Positions 25,980-39,337 of a stretch of DNA of 64,000 nucleotides are shown here, in pieces (the first letter of the stretch is position 1; every line of letters starts with the position of its first letter). The DNA lies in the NCBI GenBank assembly GCA_964035545.1, contig OZ037765.1, positions 8,380,698 to 8,444,697 on the forward strand. The letters are read 5' to 3'. The notes below the pieces were generated by a model that worked only from the letters and a program-made list of their open reading frames with translations, was not told the origin of the DNA and did not search any database. The stretch comes from Bugula neritina. Its lineage: Eukaryota > Animalia > Bryozoa. The translations under genes and the position numbers were made by a program.

Positions 25980-28900
25980 ATGTCTTTGACTGCAAAGCAG
26001 AAGAAAAGAAGTGTGAAAATTTTCTTCAATAAAACTAATCCCCAGTATGCCCACAGTGTTGTTGAAGACTACTTGAAAAGGCAGTATGGTGGCAGATATG
26101 AAGACATTCAAACCGTAAGAAACTTTTTGAGAGTGAAATATCATTTACATTTTTTGCTGAATCTGCTTAGTTTTCTAGTGGGTTTTCTGATTTCTTTTTA
26201 TAATTTTAGTGCCAAATTGAAACTTCCACTAGTTTTCTTCTTTGATTTTCTAAATAATATTAGCCTATTTGCTGTATGGAAAATATTGTGTTGATTTGAC
26301 AACAAATACACAACCAGATTAATTGAATTTTCCATTTTATAAACAAGCAAAAAATATTTAATCATTTTGTATGCTTTATGCATTTTTTCGAGCAGAAACA
26401 ACTTTCCAATGGCCGGTGCTTGCTGTGGGTGATTTTAAAAGGAAAAGATATTTCGGCACAACTATGTAATGATAATCCACATCACGCTGGTAAACTCAAG
26501 TTTATTGCAGAGCCTTTCTTAGGTTCATCACCGACTTCAAATGTGTCAGCTGCTAATCTGCCCGGAAGCTCTGGACTAAGAGTAAGTAAGGCATTCTAAC
26601 AATTACTTAGTTTTAATATGTGTGGCTTTTAGAATATAAACAAGTTTATAGTCACTATCCCTGAGAGAAACCCTGATGGAAGAGGTTTTTTAAAAGCGGG
26701 CTAAGGGCTTATTCAGATGAGGCACAGAAGCAATTATGACTGGATGCTCTTCCTAACATCACCAATGGTCTTTGTCGGAGTTCGAACCCGCGACTTTGTG
26801 TTCACTAAGCAAACACTCTTATCCCTAGACCACGGCTGCTCTCTTTTAGAATATAAACATTGTCATGAACTAATAATAAAAGCTTAGAATGCTCGCAAGT
26901 TAATTCTATCATTATGAATTTTAAACATTTAATTTATTTAGGCTGGTGGTGATTCTTACTTGTTTCAACAAAGCGCTTGATTTTTATGCTAATTAATCTT
27001 AGATTTTGAAATAATGTTACCGGAAGTTGCGATAGGATCTGCCTTAGTCACTAATTAACCTGTGATTTTTTGCATTCAAGCTTAAAAGTTATGAGAGAGT
27101 ATTGTACAGCTTTATATTCAATTGCCAGTTTATAAATCTGTTGCAGACAGGTGGTACAGAAGCTGAGAAACTAGGATCTCTAATACCATATATGGGACAA
27201 TTGCCATCGGTTAGTGGTCTAATTGTTATTATAAATGGAAGGATATCTATCGATGAATGTTTTTTTTTCTAAATTTATGTGTATGCTGTATGTTTTTACC
27301 ACATTTACTGTAATGAGAAAACTTTGTGCAGAAAAACTAAAGTTATTTTGCATATAGTGGATGTATCTTGAGACATTTTTTAGTTTGCAAAACTGTTGGA
27401 AATAAATACAATGGTTTCTTTTCTATATGAACCTTGTATTGTAGCTAAACTATGACTCGCTGGTTGTTATTCTTGTGCAGATTGTACGGTTTATCTTTGT
27501 AGTTAGTCAGCCAAATGGAATATGCTTATGATTCTCTCTCACTTAGTCTGGACGATCTCAAATACAGAGAAGAGTTTATTAGCAATCTTGAAAAAACGTT
27601 TTTTGTGGCTTTAAGAGGGATAGCGAGCTGTAAGTGATCATATCCATTATAATTATGTTAACAGGCTAGTTTTTGCTACAGATGTAATAGTGGAATGCAG
27701 AATTTGTGCTTCTAGCAGTTGCAGTACATTCATATAAATATTCAAACTTTTTACTCAAACATTAAATGCTGCCAAAAGTACCTAAGTAGGGCAACTGCCA
27801 CTTACTATGAACACACGTCCATTTATAATAGTTTCTGAACAGGATTTTGGAGAATACTAGGATTTTTGTTTCTGATGAAAGCTGTGTATATAGACCCTGA
27901 ATAATGGATACTGTGTTAGCTAGGTTAGACTTACACAGTTATTACCTGCTGAAGATTTTATGTCATCAAGTTGACTGGCCAATTTTTGTATTATTGAAAA
28001 TCATAGGGTTTACTCATTATGTTTCACATAAAATTGCAAAAAATGTATCTTATGGCGTAGGAGGCTCACGTATGTAATCTGTCAAGTTCGATTTTTACTT
28101 GTATAATTTGATTTAAAGATGCCTTTTGATTTTCTCTCTAAGTAATTGTATTTTCTAGTCATGGATTTTCATGAAATGCAAATTATATAAAGCTCAATCA
28201 TTCATTGATACAAAAGTGTTAGTGCCAGAATACATTCAATTAAAAATATATGGAAGCATTTTCATTCATCTCCCATATTAATTTATATTGTAAGCCAGTG
28301 CTAACAGAGCGTATGGCACTTGAGAATTTATAATATTACATTTTCATCCAAATTTAGTCTTATTATATTGATTTATGTAAGCTTTTGATGTAGATATGAT
28401 TAAACCCCAGTATAAACTTTATTTTAGTGTGCATACTGTACCCTTTTGGATCTTCAGTCAACAGCCTGGGAATGAAGAATTGTGATTTAGATTTGGTCCT
28501 CTTAACCAATGGAAATGCACAAAGTGTAAATATTTACTAATATCTGTATCTGAAAGTAATTTACCTGAACATTGGAGTTGTGTGCTTACAGTGGTATATA
28601 CAATAATTATACAATAATTTATCAATTATTATATAATAGTTGTATAATATATAAAAATTATATATTATTATATAGTAATTATTATATATAATAATTGCTT
28701 TAAATCATGTTATTAACTTATAAATTAGAGAGTTTAAAATTTTAGAAATTTCTTGATTCAGATTTTATGGCAGATGTAAATTGGAATTTATTTGTTTATT
28801 ATATTAAACATGTAAAATATATTTATTAAATCTGTTTGTATAGCTTTGACCTTACACCTTACACTCTCAAACTATATTACAGCGGTTATATATTATCTTA

Positions 28901-31900
28901 GTGTCGTGGTTAAGGAAGATTGAAGTTATTTTTGTATATAAAATGGAACATAGGTTTAAAGTATCAATCTGTGTGGTCTAAAAAGACAATATAAAATTAT
29001 TAATTTAAACATTTTTATATGTCCAACCGATAACTTTGCAGCAATGGACTGGGCGTTTGCCAGACCAGAGAATACTAATCAGTCACTTGAAGAAGCTGCT
29101 ATACCGGGAGCAGCATGCTTTTGGTATCACTAATATCGTGCCGATAGCATCAGCTAGAATTCCAATCATCAAGTTCAAGCACGTGCCCACTGGTATCAAC
29201 TGTGACGTCTCGTTCAACAGAAGGTAGTTGGTTATCTTGTCCATCATATTCTATCTTCCTTACGGTGTGTCTTACTGCCATTCAGTTGCTGTCTCCGCCT
29301 ATTTATTGGTTGTACAGCTGAAATGTTATGTCAACTTCATAAACTGAAGTTATCACTGAATAAGTATTTTGATAAAAATTATGAACATCGAAACTTGCTA
29401 GATGTTAGTTTGATATCTGAAGCGTTTTATTGACTGAATTTTGGCAGTGGGAATTTATTTGCAGGCTGGGAATATTGAATTCAAAGCTGATAAGTACCAT
29501 CATGAGCTTTAGTCCGAGTGCCAAGCTACTTACCTTCAGCATAAGACTTTGGGCTAAGCAGAAAAACTTTTGTGGTGGAGGTGGAGCTAAGTTGAACAGC
29601 TATACTGTGACTCTACTGGTCATATTCTATTTACAGAGAGTCAGTGTACTTCCCCCACTGTCTATGTTGAAGCACCCTGGCAGTTAGTAAAGTACTATGT
29701 TATAGTGACATTACACCTTAAGATATACTTAGGTGGTAGATATTTATGAATCGAAACTTGTTTGTTGAAAACTATTGCATCTATAAAAAGAAAATTTCAA
29801 CAAGACAGAACTATATTACGTTTTATCTTTATAATCAGAACTTGGATGTTGGTGACGTGATCTAACCTAATTTCTTCCAGCTATAAAACATCACAATACC
29901 ATATTCTAATAACATAAAAAACTAAACTGTTTGATTTGCGATTTTGTGATATTATTTTGAACTAAAAAATATTAATGAACTTTAAATAAACTTATGGTTA
30001 AATTAATTCTTTTGCCTGCTCATTGTATACATTGACTTTGTGCAAGTCTTTCATCACCAGAGATTATCCAGAACTTACTCGGCTCATATTTATTCTACAG
30101 ATACTGTTTATGACGAAAGGGAAGGGGAAAGTTTCTGTGTAGAACTCGCAGATTTCTCAGATTTTGAAGGAAGAATGGCTCGTATTAGTGAAGGTGAGAA
30201 TATAAAATAATAAAAAACCTATTTTCCATATCAAAGGACTCTGGTTTTGATGGTTACTGCTTGTTGGCGCTCTGCTGTTTTTTAGTGATATTCATGTTTG
30301 AGTTGGAGAAATACAATTAGTTGATCACTTCTATTCTAAAATCTACGTCCTCCCTCTTTAAAGCCTTTTAAGAAAATATGAAGCAACTAAATTCTGCTAA
30401 CCATTTTAAACATAATAAATTATGAAACAACTTTTGTGGAGCAACATATTTTGGGATCATGATATAGATTTTTACTAAAGTTTTACTAAATACCTCCTAC
30501 TAATAGTTTTGAGAATAAAAGTTGATAAAACACACTCATTAGCTTGCTTGAGATTTCAAGTTGGTTTCTAGCTATTCTATTAAATTGCTTTGTTTCTAGC
30601 TGTTCCACTAATACATGTGATTACCTCTACTTCTAAAGTTAAACTTTCTACTGCCTTTCTTACAAATAAAAAACAACGAAATTGGAAACAGTTTAGTCTG
30701 GGTTAAGCATTTGTCACTGAACTCATCAAAATAGATCTCTTAAATATCTTAAATCTAACATCTAATAAGCTCACACTTTCACATGAACACCACTGCTATT
30801 AGATGAACATTACTTATAATATAATTTTTGTTTCAGATCAGTTGTTGAGAGGTTTTATCGAGTATTACATCAGGTTTCCCTTTGAAAGCAACATTGTGTC
30901 CGTCTTCCATGGTGTGCCTATTGCTGTTGAAGATAGTCCAGAATTCAATGTAAGTGTCTCCTTCTTTTACCTCTGCGAAAGTTTCGGATCTATTTTTTGA
31001 CCGTAATAGCTCCAATACCACATACGTTCTTTCTCCATCAGTTAGTGGAACTAAATCTATACATTTAGCCTTAGGATTCTTGTCTGGTACAACATTGATT
31101 CAACTACTCAAAATGCTTATGCTGTTATAGTTCAGTATATTTAATGCATTCTACAATCAACTTTATTATTAATTTTAATTATTGTTGAGAAATTCAAGTT
31201 GAATAAATCAAAAAGTGTTAGAGCCTAAAAAACAATCTGGAGAAAGCAACTTCAAATACATTCATGATCATTGAAGGCGTTAGTAAAAATTTTGTGAAAC
31301 ACAAATTATTAAAATACTTCTGATTAGCCTATGACAGCAGTTGGCACTCAATTTTGGGTCAGCATATGAGCTGCTCTAACTCTGAACAACAAAATTTTTA
31401 TCCACATGGTATAGTGCTAGAACAGCGGGTACTATTTGGCTATCTTATTATAAATTTACTTATGCAAACTATAAAAACAAGTTGTGGAAATTTTTGCTTG
31501 TTAGGCAAAGATCATCAATGTGCAAGATCCATTTGAACTGCACTACAACACAGCAAAGGGAGTTCAGCCTCAAATCAAAAGCTGGTTCAGGAAGTGTCTA
31601 TGTGAAGCCTGGACTAACAGAGACTTGCTTCTATCACCTAGTGATATGGGTAGACCGTGGGGCTTGCAGTACATGTTCCAGCCCACTGATAAAGCTTCTA
31701 GAACTCAGTCTAAGCACCACCATAAGGACATGCCTGCAGACACTCTGATAACACTATACATTCCTGAGCATATTAGAGAAAAACCAACAGTCACTTACAT
31801 TAAAGTGTGTGCTAAAGTGGTCAGTGTACTGCGGGAAACTTATGATATGTCAGTTACTGTGCCACCATCCGACCACCCTCTGTACAGCCGTCTTTCCCAG

Positions 31901-33264
31901 TTTAACTCATCTCTACAAGGTTTGGCGTTTGTTGTTCTGTTCCGCTATCTCATAAAATAGCAGAGTTTCTTTCTAGTTGTACAGTTAATTGAGTAATTTA
32001 GTGCGTATATGTACGTATATACATGTATATACATGCGTGTCTGTGTGGATATATACATGCAGACACATACGCATATATAATATCTCTATAGTATTTAATC
32101 TGTTTTGCCAATTAGGTTTTTTCTCAGCTGATTTCTTTTTCATTATAAGAAAGATAATCTATCAAGATAATCTAACAACTTTTCCATGATGTTTGATAGT
32201 GTTTCTTTGTTTAGTATATTATCATACCTGTACTTGACATCTTTCTAGACGCAGAGTGTGTTGATTTAACAGAAGATACACCAGAAAGCCAGAGTTCTGC
32301 AACAGGTATGACCTCAACTCTATTTTATGCTGATTGTAAATCTTTGCTTTTATGCTTACTTTCTTTTCTGTATGTGTTGGCTTGTAAAATCATTAATATT
32401 TTGATGTTAATTTCATCTTAATACTTTAAAAATGGCTACAAATGAATGTTTTGTTGTGTTTACTGTGTGTATTTAGTAGTTTTAGGAAACGGTGCTTCTC
32501 CATTTCATTTTTATGCTTATAAAGTATCATGAAAAATCTTTTTTGATAATATTATACATGCAATTAGTGTTACACCTGAGTCAACCGTGCGAAAATTATT
32601 TTCTGTAGTTCTCCAGAATTTATATCAAATTTTCTCTCTAACCGCCTCTGTCAATTTTTTGTGTTTTAAATCATTATATCAAAAGAGAAAGCGACATTTT
32701 TCATTTCTCGTTGGGTATCTTATACACTATTCACATTTATTTGTTCTCTCAGCCTAGTATCTACTATGGCATTATGAAACTGCAGATATTTTAACCTTGT
32801 GTTTGCCAAACCAATAAGAAACAGCATAAACAGCCATTTGTATCAATTATCAATGATTTTGTGTGATATAATATAATGGGAGTAATTGATTGGCAAATGC
32901 TTTTTTATATGTTACAGATGATGTACCAACTTCGTCCATAAACTGTAAACCTGCTGCAGGGCAAATTCCTATACAGCAGTACATCCCCTACACCATACAA
33001 GTCCGAACACGCTTTCATTTAAAAGACTGCTCCATGCTGCACCCAGATGTATTCAACTACAATGACTATTTGATGGCAATGGCTAACAGGCCAAGGGGAA
33101 GCAATCCCTCACAATCTTCTGAATTTACAATCTCATTTCAGCCACACGATGCCTCTTTTGAGCAGGTTGACCTTGAACTCAACGATCTAAGCACAGCTCA
33201 TATAGAATCTATCCGTCAACATTTGTCCACAGTACTTCCTCATAAAATCCAACATATTTTCTAA
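25980..33264 (+). CDS. TUT1: TUT1/Star-PAP-like terminal nucleotidyltransferase (Pol-beta-fold, Cid1 family), about 677 aa
   Basis: Exons 25980-26114, 26396-26581, 27147-27209, 27503-27629, 28428-28525, 29042-29223, 29465-29682, 30101-30193, 30837-30949, 31505-31919, 32249-32305, 32918-33264 (2034 nt, phases consistent). Motifs: PFGSSVNSLGMKNCDLDL, ARIPIIKF..CDVSFN, RLWAK..LNSYTVTLLVIFYLQ..LP, QDPFELHYN. A degenerate N-terminal RRM and a KA1-like C-terminus (HLSTVLPHKIQHIF) favour TUT1 over MTPAP. Family assignment is strong; orthology is less certain. Confidence 0.82.
26643..26842 (-). mobile_element. tRNA-derived SINE with perfect 17-bp target-site duplication
   Basis: CTTTTAGAATATAAACA at 26626-26642 and 26843-26859. 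Minus-strand head gagcagccgtggtctagggataag (A box) and ggttcgaactcc (B box). Confidence 0.88.
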
Positions 33265-35033
33265 TCTGTATGGTACTAGCCTATCATCTTGAGAGTTCAT
33301 TTTTTTAGGATAATCTATGTTATAAACATAAAATATGTTTTATAAATTCTACTGCTAACTATTCATTATTCAGTCTGTGCTGGATATACTTCTGTAGCCC
33401 AACTAATCACTCTGGTATTAAGATTGTGCATATCAAATTGAATGCTGTTTTATTGGTTGAAAGGAGTTTTTGGCATAAGTTTATTAATTTGTAATTATTG
33501 CCTCATAAAAAGACAGCAGATGTATAGAGTTACTATAGTTCCAGATAAAAAGAATATAACAACAATTCTCCTGTTTGTAACTTTTCAGAGTTCAGTAGTT
33601 TAGACTCTTAACTTACAACTTGAAAAAATAACCTGAAAACTGTTAGTCTCTTTTCAAAGAAAACATATATTTTTCAAAAAGCTACTATAGTTTTAGTTTA
33701 CAGCTAATTAGTAGGTACAATAATTTCCAGTTTTAAAACTTACTAATTGTCTTGACTTGGCCAAAGGCAAAGTTGAGGCCAGCCTGCTTAGTGCTAAGAT
33801 GCAGATTTTCTCTTAGCTATGCTTTGTGGTTTGCCATTTTATGTATGAAGAGTAATTGCTTTATTTTACAAGCAGACAACTTCCTGTGCTGCAAATTCTA
33901 ATCGGAGCTAACACTATTCAAAATAGCTACCCGCTTACCTCATAACTGCACAGATAACTGCGAGTTGTGAAATACTAAGTCAATATTGTTATCTCCATAG
34001 AACATAAAGTTTGTCATGCCGAACAAAGAATGAATAAACCTCTACTTTATGCTAAAAATGAAGTTATAGCTGCTAATACCATGTCTGAGGAAAAGCTAAA
34101 ATTTCTTTGTATATTCAGCGCATAATGTGTGCCATGCTTATGCATTTATGATAAAAGCTACTATTTTCATAAATTCCCTAAAGAACTTTTCGTTTATTGT
34201 AACATATTAATGGGGTCTGATTACAAGATCTCATAATTACTGATGGATACTTTTTATACAATTAAGAACGAAAATAAAGGGCAAATTCGCAAGACTATCA
34301 ATTGCTATTTGTATGCAATAACTTCAGAATATTTATATATTTGCCAGAAAGTCAGTCAGCATTAAATGTTCATGATGTAAAGTTGCAAAATGAAAATTGA
34401 ATCTGCTTCATTCAATCGAAAATGTCAATGTCAGGTTATAAAATTGTGAAAGCTAATTAAAAACACTATAGCATGCATGTGCATCATGTATTTGAGGGTT
34501 TGGGGTTGTAATATCCATGTGCTGTATATGTAAGTAGTGCTTCTTTTTTGTTATAAAAATATAAATAGTTGGTGTTAATAACAGGGTAAAAATTTAAAAA
34601 ATATATTCTGCACCAGTTACAAGTGTAAAAACAACCATCATGGCCACATATTTTACAGCTGAGTGTGAAATGACAAAGTCATGCGTAGTTTTGTCAAATG
34701 TCTTATTCTAACACTCATTGGCTGCTTTTTTAAATCAGCACAGTTAACTTGTTCTCTAAACCAAGAGACATAAATTCAATATAAAAATGAACAGCACCAG
34801 AACCTTTAGAAGTTGCACATAATAGCATATTTGGTATTACTTCCATTGTGGTAGTTGAGAAACTTAAGTTCAATGCTTAACAAATATTTTATGTCAGAAT
34901 AGATAATCTGAATTACAACTGGTAGAATATTTATCCCTTATATGTCAGTTTATTAGCTTTAACATTTATAGCATCAAAATGTAAAGCTTCTGTTACAGTT
35001 ATTTCTAATCAAATTGTGAGTCTCAAAACAAAT

Positions 35034-38000
35034 TCAACCATAGTAATCAGCTTGAGGAATGTCGGACACTGCGTGACGGTCTGTTCTGATATGTGGGCTA
35101 AGAACTGGAGTTGGGTCCCCTTGCTCACTTGGAATACTTAATCTGGAGCTTGTCAATCTGTTGTCAAATTTTAGTCCGTCATTTCTCAGGATTGGTAAAA
35201 CATTGTGCTTCTTTAGCTCTTCATCTACAGTGCCTGCAAAACCTCGATTCCTTCTAGAGTTGATGCTCCCCAAGTCTGTAATCCTGTCATATTCAAAGTG
35301 TGGTATGCCTCTTGGCTTGTAGCTGGCCAGGCTGCTTGTATCACTATTCTTCTGTGAGGTCTTGTAGAACAATCTGTAGCAGGTGAAGATGCAGAGAGAC
35401 AGTCCAATGAGTGCTGCCAATGCCGTTAGAACAGAGATGAATACGATGGTCCAGTAAGCCAATGATGGACCTTGTTCAGTTTGGTGGCATGTTTCTCCAG
35501 TGAAACCTGATTTGCATTCGCATTTTATCTTTGACACCTCATCTGTGGCGTCTACACATGTTGCTCCATTCCTGCAAGATCTGCCATTACACCTTGCTAC
35601 ACAGAGTGTCCCGTCAGTTAATACGTCTTTGAAGCCGAATCCACAGTAACATCTGTAGGTAAAAAGCAAATAGCAGGTCATGGACAAATGTTCTTAAAAC
35701 TGCTATAAGTGATGCTATACTTTTAATTATAGGAATAAAATTTGCTCAGCAAGTCAGCCTAAGTATTTAATCACTTATGGTTCAGGTTTCAAGGTCTGCT
35801 TGTGGTTGTGGTGCTTTCACTCTGGAATTGTTCTCTAAACATCTCCGAGTTGGGGGTGACTGAGTGCCAGTAATTTGCAGTTTTTGAGTTTGGGGTTGTA
35901 GTTTATTGAAACTCTAAACTGGAGAACCACAAGCTACTGCACTCAGCCACCCCAACTCGGAGCTGTTTTTAGAACAAAGTTTTAGCATGTGGTTCTTAAG
36001 TTACATCATGAAGTCATACTTACTCGTAGGAACCTATTGTGTTTTTACACACTCCATTTTGGGAGCATCTATGCAGGTTGGTCAGGCACTCGTTTACATC
36101 CCTGATGTCATATTTCAGAATGCTTATGTCACTGATAGACTACAATCGATAAGATATGAGTTGAGCAGTTTACATTTACATAGCTCTATAAAACTTTCAC
36201 CTCCACTAGTATTTGAACAAAAGACCTCCAGCTTGCAAGCTGGCGCACTAACCATTACACCACAGGAACCACTGGGTAAACTCAACACTACATTCCACCC
36301 AGTTCTCTAGAACCTCTCTGACCTCTCTACTACCCCTTCAGGCTCCCTTAGCCTCTCAACTCCCTCGGAGCGCTACTACTACTTCACTTCACTAAAAGTC
36401 GAAAATGCTTATAAAACTTTTGGCCCCACTGGAATTCGAATCCAAGACCTCTGGCTTGTAAGCTAACCATTACACGGCTGGGTAAACTCAAGACTACAAG
36501 CATGTCACTATCAATTTTAAGCAATAATTGCTGTTAAAAGACTGGCAGCTATTGTACTTCAGCACAGTTTTTGACTCTTGAGGTATTACACTAGGCACTT
36601 GCTAATAACTGTTGGCTGATGTTTAGAAAGGGTGGTGATGTCTTAGTGCCAGGATAGAATGACAAGTTATGAAATGTGCACCTCCTACGTCTTACTCAGT
36701 TTAAGTAGGATTAATACCCACTTACTTTGGTGCTTGGTAAACAACATTTAGAGAGAACACTTAATGTCAATATTTACTCGTTGGCTAATTTCACTGTTCC
36801 TCCGACAAACCCATTCCTTAACAAAAGATATGACGTAAGAAACCTCAGATAGCTACCATCTTTTGAATAAATTTATCTTGTCTAAATATGGACCACTAAC
36901 TTTAAGAGCAAAAAACTTTCAGTTAAGAAAATGTGATTGGTTGCATTTTTAATTATGTTGAAGCTGCCCTATAATTGTATATGTATATTTTCATATCTAA
37001 AGTTTTTCTTTATCCCAAAATATCTTAATTTGAAATTTCAATCCTAACCTGATAGCGCAAAACTTATGAAAAAATAATTTATGCTTAATAAAAGCAAAGT
37101 GTAGGTCAAAGGATATTATTTTATTATATTTAGTGAAAGTAACATACTATAGTTTCAGCTAACGTCACTAATCACACTAAATAAGATAATTAAAATAATT
37201 AAGCTACATAGTATTGCACATGCACACCAGCAATAAACGCATTAAATTGCTACCTAGCTTAAATATATTGTTAATGTAATAACCATCTGAAATGATTTAT
37301 ATAATAACAATAAAAATATCTTGTTTTCATACCTTGAATTGTTTTAAATTGGATTTTATTAGACTGAGTTCTTTTTCTGATGAAAATGAAACTCTCAGCG
37401 AAATATTTCTGCTGCAGATTTCAGTTGACAGAGAGCAATCCTTGTACTCCAAAACAGGAAATAAAGCAGAGCAAAATCCTTCCAATTTCTTTCAAAGTGA
37501 AATATAAAATACAATGCAATTAAATACTCTGCATTGTTAATAGTTTCAACATTTCATTGTATAAGACTCTAATCAATTAGAAAACCATTCTAATGCATTT
37601 ACATTACATTCATTACAATTTAAAACATATATTATATAATTCTTTATCAGCTTTAATCCTTATATTAAAAACTTTACACTAATAATATTAATACACAACT
37701 TTTAATTATTTTAACTTAGTATTAAGCACAACTTTTAATACTTTTATATTAATTGTGCTTAATATAAGCTGCATAAGCTGCATATATTGTATATATTGCT
37801 TTACTCAAATTATACACATTTCTTTATTTTCAATAAACTGAAGCATATACAGTATAACACTACGCATGTTACTTTGTAGACGTGATTTAAAAAAGAAACT
37901 GTTTACTATGATATCCATTCATATGTTTGAATATAACAATAATTGTTGAACACTAATAATGCACAACCAGGAACTTCGTGTATGTAACTGCTTTCCATTA

Positions 38001-38857
38001 TATATTAATAACAATCAGTAAAACATTTTGCTGAGATTCAACCTGGTGGATAGCTGGATATGTCCAAAGAGAATAGTGTTTTTAAAAACTTTGTGTGCTA
38101 TATAACTTATTGCTCATAGCTTAAAAAAGTTGTTTTTCAGTAGTACATCAGCAAAAATGATTAATAATATTTTGATATTTTGAATGAACTGAATTCATTT
38201 TACAGGTCCTCAGGTGCATTAACTGATACGTCAAATCTTAAAACTACTTTTTCATTTTTTAACATACCTTTGAAGTGCAAGCTGGACCAGGTTGTATTTC
38301 TAAGTTAACATCATACTGGCTTTGCTCTGGTAAAATCCCATCACTGCCTAAAATAAGAAATCTGTAATCAACCTCATGTAAATTAGCTTCATATTTTCCT
38401 TGAGTTCACAATATTTGTATTTATTTTCAGTTGGATGTGTACAGCTTTTCCGATATAAACTCTATGCGATAAATATTTATGCATATATCTAACTATAGAT
38501 TTATGTATTGTTTTTACTAGCATAAAGTTTATCAACATTTTTACTATAAGGAAAAGCTGAGCTTTCCAAACTCATAATAACATAAAACTAAATCAGTGCC
38601 AACTACATTTTAAATATAATGTTGAAATATATAATCTGAAGGTAATGTTGCTGCACAGGCATAGAAAATTAATCGAAACACATTCATTACGTGACAAAAT
38701 TGTCAAAGTGCACAAAAGAGCAGTTCTTTATTTAGCAATTTTCTAAAAAGAAACCCAGATGTGAAGTAACACCATTTCTTAGGTGAAACTATAACTCACT
38801 TGCTGATGATATAAAGCACATCAATACCAAACTATATATCCCATTCCAGAGTGCCAT
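35034..38857 (-). CDS. Single-pass type I membrane protein: signal peptide, Cys-containing spacer domain, calcium-binding EGF, EGF, TM, cytoplasmic tail (frameshift in exon 4 as assembled)
   Basis: Exons 38800-38857 (MALWNGIYSLVLMCFISSA), 38268-38347, 37333-37488, 36726-36816, 36024-36101 (DVNECLTNLHRCSQNGVCKNTIGSYE), 35034-35652 (CYCGFGF...CRNGATC...CECKSGFTGETC, TM WTIVFISVLTALAALIGLSLCIF). Confidence 0.85.
35828..35977. mobile_element. About 150-bp palindromic MITE-like element
   Basis: ttgttctctaaacatctccgagttgggggtgactgagtgc ... gcactcagccaccccaactcggagctgtttttagaacaa form about 40-bp inverted arms, with further imperfect pairing inside. Confidence 0.8.
36220..36500 (-). mobile_element. 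Two tandem tRNA-like SINE head fragments
   Basis: aagacct..gcttg.aagct..ctaaccattacac..ctgggtaaactcaa.actaca occurs twice (about 36221-36291 and 36444-36498). The minus strand has gtgtaatggttag (A box) and gattcgaattcc (B box; only in the 36444-36498 copy). Confidence 0.65.
37744..38086 (+). repeat. About 340-bp direct repeat, copy 1 (EGF-gene intron 2)
   Basis: Closely similar to 39338-39660, e.g. atatccattcatatgtttgaatataacaataattgttgaacactaataatgcacaaccaggaactt is identical in both. Confidence 0.92.
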
Positions 38858-39337
38858 AGTGAATAGCTACAGCAGGTATCAGCTACAGCAGTTATCTCAA
38901 GACCAGGGTGATCAACTGATGCATGAAAACTGATCAATTGTATAAACAAGAAGTAATGCATATACTAAGTAATATAAGCTGTGTACACAACAGGGTATAA
39001 AGACTTTGAAGGCATGAGCAACCTTACAGTATACATATCAAGAGTTTGTTGAGCAAACTTTTACCTCTATTTGTATAACAGAATGGTGAAATGGGTAATA
39101 GTCAGAGAGATCAATGGTGCAAGAGGATATATCAATCGAGTGCATGTATAGTTAAAGTGTCATACATGTATTGAAATCAGTAGAATTTTGATTGAACTTT
39201 TTTTATAAGAACACTTTAAATATATGGAATATTTTAGAACAAGGAAACTTATTAGTAGTGATAGTTTACTATGAAATCTCTTTACTCCATGGTGATGGGT
39301 TGATGACTAGTGCAACTGTTTGATTGCAACCTGTATA

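Noticed and set aside
26770-26842. tRNA gene
   Set aside because: No complete cloverleaf; it continues into a SINE body bounded by a TSD.
32000-32082. Alternating purine-pyrimidine tract with hairpin or Z-DNA potential
   Set aside because: Ordinary degenerate TA/CA microsatellite in an intron, with no further support.
36220-36480. tRNA genes
   Set aside because: Both copies are partial (one lacks the T arm, the other has deletions); better explained as SINE heads.
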